Below the pieces are notes generated by a model. It did not search any database. It was not told where the DNA came from and saw only the letters and a list, made by a program, of their open reading frames with translations. Made by a program: the position numbers and the translations under genes. A stretch of 64,000 bases of DNA from Tubulanus polymorphus (taxonomy: Eukaryota; Animalia; Nemertea): positions 7,448,655 to 7,512,654 of the forward strand of contig NC_134033.1 of NCBI RefSeq assembly GCF_964204645.1, read 5' to 3'. Every line of letters starts with the position of its first letter. Position 1 is the stretch's first letter. Shown piece after piece: positions 57,101 to 64,000 of the stretch.

Positions 57101-57452
57101 CCGGTTCGAGGGACCAGAAAATGTCGGCAAAACCAACTAACGGCAAAGAATTGAGAGGCGAAGAGTTGGTTGTCAAGCTGAAGTCTATATTTTAACTGCA
57201 CCACATTTACAAATTACATGGGTTTATATAGTAAGGTAAGTTTACAAGAATAAAGTTTGCTATAGAAAAATAGTGCCAGACACTGACTTTGCACAATAAC
57301 TTGGACCCGGGTGAACTATATTACAATACACATACTTGGAGTTCATGCAACCATAAACATACTGGGAATTAATACGGCGAACAACAGATTGAAGAATCAA
57401 TATAAAATAAACGACCGTGAAGCGGGCATAATAATGCGATAAATCTGTAACA
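51114..57452 (-). mobile_element. Intact BEL/Pao LTR retrotransposon, 6339 bp
   Basis: 331-bp LTRs (51114-51444, 57122-57452), TGT...ACA, identical by eye; 5-bp TSD GGTAT; tRNA-Tyr-type PBS TGGTCCCTCGAACCGGAT; PPT GAGCTGGAGGAAA. Confidence 0.97.
51584..57100 (-). CDS. BEL/Pao Gag-Pol polyprotein, 1838 aa from the first ATG outside the LTR
   Basis: Triple Cys/His knuckles, LDPGSQ protease, RVVFDA/YMDD RT, FCDAS RNase H, GIDYFGP/SDNGTN/WERLV integrase. Confidence 0.96.
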   Translation of the reverse strand: MEEELAGKLKKLRRARGVKKGIFTRQCQKAEDLIAITATRKDLKAVLLQIGQYVDAIDEINEELVALLVDDADVQDADDYMAEVYRKHRVAVEKITTAVLEARTPTPTDVETVDELPSEDLRHQTSPPRVTHMPYLSMPRPIPAPSRLPQMSTYTDSYQPRWPPAPTTPPRRTPSPRPEPLPPTPFQPAAPRPRSSTFAKSVPKLKLPVFRGDSADWPRWFGLFCSIIHRQDSLADDEKMAHLQNSVEGPPQKLIAGMLYDGRLYHHALEALMNRYGKEDDVVHACFRVVFDHPQLKAHDATALESYQGAVHSAVTTLQTLGFHGDLASAENLRRAVQKLPLDLKRDWGKQVLELENRAQRSTLLDFSEWLALQLRILLSYADVAKPDDRSSRGPKSTPFKSVNNTEVDVSSLATGSSSSQFSQSKPEVCPSCKGDHVLTNCPVFTSLLPDDRAKFAASNGRCFSCLRWGHRSRQCRSKKVCTSAGCSERHHPLLHGSSRIYPRRPSSEGSSQPSTGTVPQPVADKKPQEDPPKKLVYTLARKPAVSDEVLLQVVPLRLHGDDGKFVDTFAVLDPGSQTSLCSQEIVDQLGLDGEDKMLRLNTVEGQGCQRAVKLVKLDVAPLASGSTQKLINVDEVWSVPALKIPVAHTRLKPKQSWSHLDDIEVSSPDISDVQVLLGANVTEAIVQHESRVGKPNQPIAVRTDFGWALTGRTCNFLSPAGSSPSVYLFKKSNEENDELTALVREWWSTESFGVKYSKMEVQSLEDTRAQKMLEDNTHLVDGHYVTKLLWQRSDVKLPDNKPCALNRLRSVEKMLKNDAKKTDAYSKTFQTYLEKGYARKLTAKEADVPSPKRWFLPHHAVCNPKKKKLRVVFDAASSYQGVSLNNQLMSGPDFLQRLPGILLRFRQEPVAVMGDIEAMYHQVKIAEEDQPALSFLWRDLEDREPDAYQMVVNIFGARCSAAIACFALRKTADEPGVAADVRDAILRDFYMDDFLHSETTPPEATRMVQDVTRAVRHGGFRLTKLLSNSREVIQALPPGELSVDVATDRLPSERALGVWWNAETDEIGIKLPSLELKRFSRRELLRLISSIFDPFGMIAPVIIRAKIQMQATWSRKLHWDAELPEEDVVQWRELLQDLPKLSEVTIPRCFKPTDVEPVRRELHLFCDASEKAFGAVAYFRMMMPDGTTRCCFVMSKTRVAPLKKMSIVRLELQAAVLAVRLGESIKKEVTCHIDETLYWSDSKVVLSYVSNESKRFHMFVAVRVAEIHDSTIPKQWRHVPGSQNPADDCSRGIPAAALAERWFQAPVFLYQSEDSWPDVSLPIVNLDTNDPEIRRSVNVTARTKANHVLDPSRFSSWTRYRRVVACVLRFIRNAGSQIKKSSCRIGPLTATEMDAARFLVIKSAQEDGFPEEYSAIKAQKKIARSSKLLQLCPTIDEDGILRARGRLKNADVDVAVKFPMILPRSHDVTRLIVTAIHVLLMHEGPEHTLNEVRQEYYVPRARSTVKKIVRQCMKCKLRRVQPEVPLMSDLPAARFNTSFPFSCIGIDYFGPFDVRRFRKTEKRYGLLVTCLSTRAVHIEVSHSLDTDSFLMSFRRFIARRGRPATVYSDNGTNLKSGERELRHSLDALNQQRINDEMSQRQIQWFYNPPTASHMGGVWERLVSSVKKCLKVVIGNLTPTDEVLHTVLVEVEAVLNSRPLTYTDANDICPSALTPCHFLLGRSSPNLSPVISDVAVSHQRRWKQAQTLADHFWQRWRKEYVPTLIRRSKWTRQTRNLEIGDVVLVVDDRCPRSYWKLGRIVDVFPGADGVVRSAEVKLSTGLLRRPVSKLCVLEKSDI

Positions 57453-59449
57453 GGTATAATTAAATGTCAAAAACATAAAAGTTGAGAGCGTATTATTGGC
57501 AGAAAGACCTCAAAATAAGGAGTTGTGTTCATTCTTAGGGGCGGTAGGGTTTCAATCGAAATTCATTGAAAACTGTGCGACTGTGACAAAACCGCTAACC
57601 GATATGACATTCGATGATATTAATATCAGGTTGGGGAAATATCCTATTCCTACCCGATTTCTCTAAAGATTTTGTACTGTGCACATATGATTCCAGTACT
57701 GGCATGGGGGGGGGGGGAGTCGCTAATGCAAATCTTTGAAGGGGAAAAGTTGCCAATAGTTTACGTGAGTAGAAAATTAAAACCTCCTGAGACGCGGTAC
57801 TCTACGATTGAGAAAGAGTGTCTAGCTCTTATTTGGGCAATCAGAAGATTACGGAGATACTTAATTGGGAGTGAATTCATTCTGGAAGTGGACCACCAAC
57901 CTCTCCAATTCTTAAATAGAGCGAGAATTGATAATGATCGAGTACGACGATGGGCACTTCAGTGGGTTGAGGCATGGCCGGTACGGAATGAGAAGGCCCC
58001 CACTGCGACTCGGAAAGTCGTGGATGAATGGGTCATGAGATATAGCTGCCCAGAAAGCATTTACTCGTACCGGAGTGCCAACTTTGAGTCCAAGGTTTTT
58101 ACGGAAGTGTGTCGACTGTTGGGGATCGATAAGACGCGTACCACCTCGTATCACCCAATGGGAAATGGTCAGGTGGAAAACTTTGACAAATCAATCAAGG
58201 CCATGCTGACCATATCCGTGAATGAAACTGGCATTGATTGGGGAACGAAACTGACATCATGCCTGGTGGCATTTCATTTTAGTATCCGGGAATCCACCGG
58301 CGAAACCCCGTTCTACCTGACTTTCGGTTCATAGATGGTCTCGCCTCTGGATATCATGGTTAGACCATCCGAAGAACCAGAGTACATTACTAAGTTTAAT
58401 CATGATGTGCACACAAACTTCAGGAGGCGCACCATATGGTCAGGGAGAGACTGGATAAGCCTCAGCGGCGTCAGACTACTAATTTCGAAAGACTTGCTAT
58501 GCGGGGTGGGTATAACGTTGGTGATAGGGTATGGCTATAAAGTCATGCCATTAAGCCAGGGGAGGTTGAAAAATTTCATAAGAAGTGGATGGGCCCCTTC
58601 ATTGTTATCGAGAAGCTGCCTGAGGTGACGTATCGGAGCAGACTGGAGGGGGTTCCCCAAAGCAAGATTCTCCACTTAATTACAATGAATCCAGCGTTTG
58701 GCCAGCCCCCTACCAACGTCATGAGGGCGGTCCCTGCTAGAACCAGAAAGATGACAGAGATCGTCTTGAGGCGCCAAAACGAGCGGATTGTGGCAGTACC
58801 AACAGATGATGCTGCACCAATCGAAGCGGTGGCAGAAGTCGATCCCCCAGCGGATCAGCCAGTGGACAATGCCCAGCCGCAACCACCGGCCAACAACGGA
58901 GATCAATTTTGTCGACTGCGTCCAAGGAGAGCATTGAAGCAGCCAGCCCGATTCAGGGACTTGGTTTGTCATTGCTCCATATCGGTAGTAAGTAGAGCTG
59001 TTGATGGTGACTGTACCACCATCGATGGTCCAGAATCCGAGAGAAGAAAGACCTGTGGTGGCTGAAGAATGCGCGAAAATTGCTGCGAGACCGGGTAAAC
59101 TCTCTGCTCGCCAGCCACCTCAACGTTTTTCTCTCTAAAATGCTACAAAAATGTCTGATGTGCTCCAATTGATTGATCGAGGAAATACGATATCTGAAGA
59201 AAGATGCTGTGCACCATGTACGAAGATACGTACAAAGCATCGCAAAGAGGAATGAGCCTGAATGGACCCCGCACTTCAGCGCACTGGTAAGTTCTTTTGA
59301 GCGCCATTTGTACCAGCCGGGGGACGTAGTTGCGAGTTCTATAGTCGCTGGCGTCTGCCAAGCGTTAGCGGCCATCTATGTCGAACGGAGGGTTGAATCG
59401 GCTGGGGACAGAAATCAGCTGTTTTTCAGCAGTGAAATCCCAGCATGGG

Positions 59450-60184
59450 GGTAGGGGTTTATGCCTCGAAGGTAAGCTGGTGAAGTTGAAACGGCAGCTT
59501 CGAGTTGGAGATCTGTGTCGTCCAATTCTTCTACTGAGCGACTCCATGTTCAAAGGAGTCAAGTGCAGCGATGACTTGTATGTAATCGCTCACTCAGGAG
59601 AACGAGTTGAACAGGCTGCTCGTTTCACTCTGCGGAGTACTCCGAACACTGTGCAGAGCAAAGAAATACACTAGAACAGGTCACGTGACTCTTTCAGACG
59701 CTAACTCTGCTACTCCACATAATTTGGTGGGGCAGCGAGAATTCCGCTAGATGGCACTGTTTGGCTAGGTCACGTGACTCTTACAGACGCTACTTTGCTA
59801 CTCCACATAATTTGGTGTGGCAGCGAGAATTCCGCTAGATGACACTGTTTGGAGTACTCCGCAGAGTGAAACGAGCAGCCTGGAAGATCGGACGATACGA
59901 CTGATGAGCGTCAGTTGCTCAGCTGTCGTCGTTAACCACTGGGTTAATAACGTGCGGGAATTTGGTGACACTGTCAAGGAGATATATATTGCTTAGCAAA
60001 CATGATACGGAGGAGGTATTCCCATGTCTCGATTTTCCACCTTCGCGTTCCAAAGGCACCGTGTATGAGAGGCAAGCGGGAGACGGTCATCCCGATTGAC
60101 CGTATTAATCTTCACTTCAAGAAAGCTGAGTTAAGCGCCATCAACGAAGTAGTTCGTCATGTTATTGCCTCCGTAAATTCGTAG
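59450..60184 (+). pseudogene. SGNH-hydrolase-like extra ORF interrupted by a MITE
   Basis: Removing 59612-59885 gives in-frame ILLLSDSMFKG..AHSGERVEDRTIRLMSVSCSAVVVNHWVNNVREFG. Confidence 0.65.
59612..59882. mobile_element. 271-bp MITE with ~36-bp TIRs (CAGGCTGCTCGTTTCACTCTGCGGAGTACTCC) and 3-bp TSD GAA
   Basis: TIRs and TSD read directly; two internal ~85-bp direct repeats. Confidence 0.9.
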
Positions 60185-62759
60185 TTGTGACACCTTAGTA
60201 ATTCCATACCCACTCTAGAAACCCGGCCTTTAGCCTCGTGCATCCCTGCCTCAGTCCTGGTTATGTGTGTTAGAACTTTTTCCGCTGGCCTCTTACTTTC
60301 ACTTTTTCAGCGCTACCGGTACTACGGAATCATCATACATCAGCTACCATTTGCACATAGACCATCATTTGTATATAGACCGCGAGTCCCGACGCGTGAG
60401 TAGGTATGGGGATGTCGGGGCCAACATCGGTAAATGGCCAGCCATCTATCCTGCAGCGGTGAAGTCTACCTCGTGCTTCAGTAATGGATTCAGCGGAAGT
60501 GTAAATAATCATCTAGACTCATATGAACTCAAATGCTATGAGCTTCATGGGTTATTTTTAGTTAACTTTTGCGATGGAAACCCTGCGCGTTGGACTTAAG
60601 GCTATATATGTAGTATTGCGAAAGTTATTTTTGGTACTGAACCGTTTCAGTAGACATTTTTAGGGGGAGTGGTGTAACGGTGTGACTCCTGTCATTATTA
60701 TATTGTGATTTAATACAGTGTATTTGTATTCGTAATAATAAATGTCACCGGCAAGTGGCGTATCTATCGCTCTCTTGAAAAGAATACTTTGTACCGGTAC
60801 TGGTGAGTTGTGTGTGAATCCATTGTCCCGATTTAAGACTCTAATTGTCCCTTATCACAGCGGCGATTAACCCTGGTATAACTATACGAATACCCCAAGA
60901 CGATAATTGTTACACACGGACACATTCTCTCGCCAGGGACATAATAAGATATATCATTGATAACGATTAAAGAGATTACATTACAGCAAGAGCTTCGCGT
61001 CCCAAATTGTTTTTTTATCTTTGCTCAACTGTAGTGAGTACGCGGCTACAATATGCCACAATTTTGGGCATTTCATCCGCATACTTATCTTCACCCGTCA
61101 AGGAATTCTAACCCACTACGCTAAACCTGTTCCCCGAAATGGCGTAGGGGTATCTTAAAAAGGTTTCTGGAAATATTTATAGCAGAATCCAATATCTTCG
61201 GTCAGCATTGTGCGTATGGATACGTCAGGTAAAAGGCCATTTCTATACTTTTCCATATTCTATACTAGAGCCATTGATCAAAGCGTCTTGAAAAATAAAT
61301 GTGTAGAAAGTGCTGATTTTGGCGAACAACAATGGCTCTCCGAATCCAAGACAAGAATCAAGTCAACCTCGCCGAATTCTTATCGCTTGGGACAGTCTGT
61401 CGAGTTGTTTCGGAGTCCCTGGAGTGCAGATGATTGATCACCATAGATGTGTTGGAGAATATTCGTTACATTTTCTTCAATGACTAGTTACCAGAACTTT
61501 ACAAGTTAGATTCATAATACCAGGTTAAGGGAATTAGGTTTTTTTATGCTGCATCAAATCTTAACCAAGTGTGAAGCTTAAGGTCCACTGTCCATCGGAC
61601 AAGGGGGAGGGGTCTAGGTGATATGGATTTTGTGCGGACATAGGGGGAGGGGGTCAAAGTTTACATATATTATTTTGTATAGATGTATTTTATGGACAGA
61701 ATCCTTCAAAAACGAAAATTTTCTAAGAAACAAACAAGTGTCAAAATTTAAATTGTCCATTTCCCCCATTTTCTAACGGAGTACACTAAATCATTGGAGT
61801 GGTCTAGTCTGAATACCAGTCATTGTTACGGGTTCAAGAACAAGGGCTAGATACTAAAAGGAATGGAGTAAAGTGAAACCTCGTTCTAACGAACTGCTGA
61901 AAATAAAACGATCGTAATATCCGATAGTTCGTTAGATCTGTTTCACAACATTTATGTATGAAAAGAGAACACCCCCTGGTGCGATGAAACACGAACCAAG
62001 TGGTTCCATTGGAGTAGGCCTACTATAAGTATAAATACTGTCGGCTAATAAATCGCTTATTGACAACTATGAAATAAAATATAAATTAAAACCAAATTCA
62101 GATATGCTCTCTGTTCACTTTGAGTGGTTAATACATGTGTTGGACACATGAGTCCCTCCCAGGGGATGGAATGAGATTAAGGAAATGAATGTAACAATGA
62201 TATGCCAGTTAAAACGTCAGAACAATTTCAAAACTTCCGAGCGTTTAGCCCCTTTTTCGATTTCTCTGATGGTCTCAATCCTTTTGTGAAGTAGGTTTTC
62301 ATAGGCGCATGTGCATATCACCGTAAACAGGCCGAAACAATGACCTACTACCATTCTACAAATTGTAGCAGCCAGCAACACATCGTTAATCTGTATATGG
62401 ATACTCGTTGTTTGAACAATAACAGTTTAGTATTTTGATAGTTAAGTATTTTGAAACTTTTCCGTGGGCAGCAACACAATGTTGTTATCTGCTGCTAACG
62501 AAATCCAGGGGGTCAGTCATCTGGCCTCCATTAAGCTGCTTTAAGATGTGTGTAAACATCCTCTGCCCTCTCTGCCGAAAATAGTCCTTGTTATGCAATT
62601 TTGTTATAACTGTTTCATATCAAAGCGACAGCTTAGAATTTTGACCAGGCAACGAGTATCCACGAGTATCTTTAACCAGTTTTTGTTTTTGACCAATCAG
62701 AACAATTGGGGTTGGTGAATTGTGGAAGGTGAGATGGGGACCCAAGATCGGTTTTGGGT

Positions 62760-63346
62760 CACATTTGCCTTCCACGATTCGAGAAATAAACAGCTTTAGC
62801 TTTGGAATTACATGTATCATACTTTAACTACGGATATCGTTATATTATATATTTTAAAGGTGAGAAGACTTTGTTTTTAAATCTATATCAATTTTGAAGA
62901 TAACTGAATTGACATTGATAATTGTGAAGTCATATTATTCATAGTGGATTATGACTGAAATATCAGAGAGAAGAATATATCGGTCAGAGTTGAGCACACG
63001 CTGCTTCACTTTAAGATGGCTACAATTCTATGATGATTACTAGCTCACGTCCGCTAGTTGGTCAAGACCGATCTGAATTAAGTTTAACGTATACAAAGTA
63101 TGTTAGTTTCATTGTTAGTTTCAATGTTAGTTTCATTACTACGATTATGATAGAAAGAGATGAAATGACTGTAGTGTCGCAAATAGTTGCATGAATATCT
63201 ATATGTATATTAAACAATTACTACTATCATATCAAATATTGTAACACATTTACCTTCCACGATTCGAGAAATAAACAGCTTTAGCTTTGGAATTACATGT
63301 ATCATACTCTAACTACGGATATCGTTATATTATATATTTTAAAGGT
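62760..63346 (+). repeat. ~100-bp direct duplication (62760-62861 and 63245-63346)
   Basis: CCTTCCACGATTCGAGAAATAAACAGC...TTTTAAAGGT twice. Confidence 0.85.
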
Positions 63347-64000
63347 ACCGAGCTTAATTCCCCGAGCACCGGCTTTCGTCAGGGTGCTATATTAGTTCCG
63401 AGGTCGATAGGTTCCACTGCAGTAGGTTCGAGTCCTGACTTCGCGCTATACGGAATCTGACTTTAAACAAGTAAAATTGTTGCGATATACTTCTTAAATT
63501 ATTCCGCCCAGTTGGTTTTTATTTCATAAAGGAGAAAGTATTAACTTGGCCAGCACCATTTTTTTCTATATAATTTTTACCGTTAATTTATCCAACCCAG
63601 CAGGGGAATGACAGTCTCGGTATCTTTTTTTTACCTTACTACATATAACGACAAACCGTAGGCGACAACGGTTTTTCGGGCTCACACTCAAGCTCCAAAA
63701 TGCACATGAGAGAAATGTAGGATCCCATTTTTTAAATGGACCTTCCTTAGGTTACAACTTTTCACCCCCAGGCAAACCATAATAAGTTGCCCATGGGCTA
63801 AGTGTGGTTTACCTTGTAAGCTAGAGGTTGCTTAGAGTAAGGGCATTGCTTGAAAAATATTTTTAATTCGTGACTTCAAAGGTCTAGAAGTTTATATTGT
63901 ATTCTATCTTTCTTAATGAATTATTTTGTTATCAAATAAGACCAAAGATAAACATTTGTTTATGGTCAACGTCCAAAATTTCGTAGGGTACAGTTAGGCG

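Larger units (their letters stand above)
57960..60985 (+). mobile_element. 3' half of a second Gypsy element related to 23963-31933: integrase, extra ORF, PPT and 3' LTR (about 60673-60985)
   Basis: WVEAWP...GNGQVENF..SIKAML similar to 27.4-28.1 kb; RLRPRRALK tail; PPT TAGGGGGAGTGG then TGTAAC...TTACA. Confidence 0.8.

Noticed and set aside
57101-57136. ORF-track start of the BEL polyprotein at 57136
   Set aside because: Non-ATG start inside the LTR/PBS; the first ATG is at 57100.
63345-63450. tRNA gene (GGTTCGAGTCC B-box)
   Set aside because: No convincing cloverleaf; at most a SINE-like remnant.

Overview
Eukaryotic (probably marine invertebrate) repeat-dense DNA with no intact host gene. 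The main feature is a complete 17,847-bp Polinton/Maverick-type endogenous virus (226-18072). It has AGT...ACT termini, a perfect 6-bp TSD (TACGAC) and 16 intronless ORFs, including pPolB, penton, major capsid protein, packaging ATPase, integrase, an HNH nuclease and about six membrane proteins, but no recognisable adenain protease gene. Two properties stand out. (1) Each 268-bp TIR is a bulge-free fold-back in which all 16 non-Watson-Crick pairs on the 3'-terminal strand are G.T, G.A or G.G; this polarity is kept, with compensatory changes, in related termini at 34.7, 35.3, 44.8 and 50.2 kb. (2) 14 of 16 ORFs start in TAAATG, in two classes (T7-N6-TAAATG, and A-run-spacer-TAAA(A)TG) that mirror poxvirus late and intermediate promoters. 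Together these suggest, as inference, an integrating hairpin-ended virus transcribed by a poxvirus-like helper. The rest of the window holds decayed or rearranged relatives of this element, two related Gypsy elements with an SGNH-hydrolase-like extra 3' ORF, an intact BEL/Pao element with identical LTRs, a decayed spliced SGNH + Ulp1-protease gene, MITEs, Helentron-like ends and minisatellites. All calls come from reading the sequence by eye; no database searches were run.
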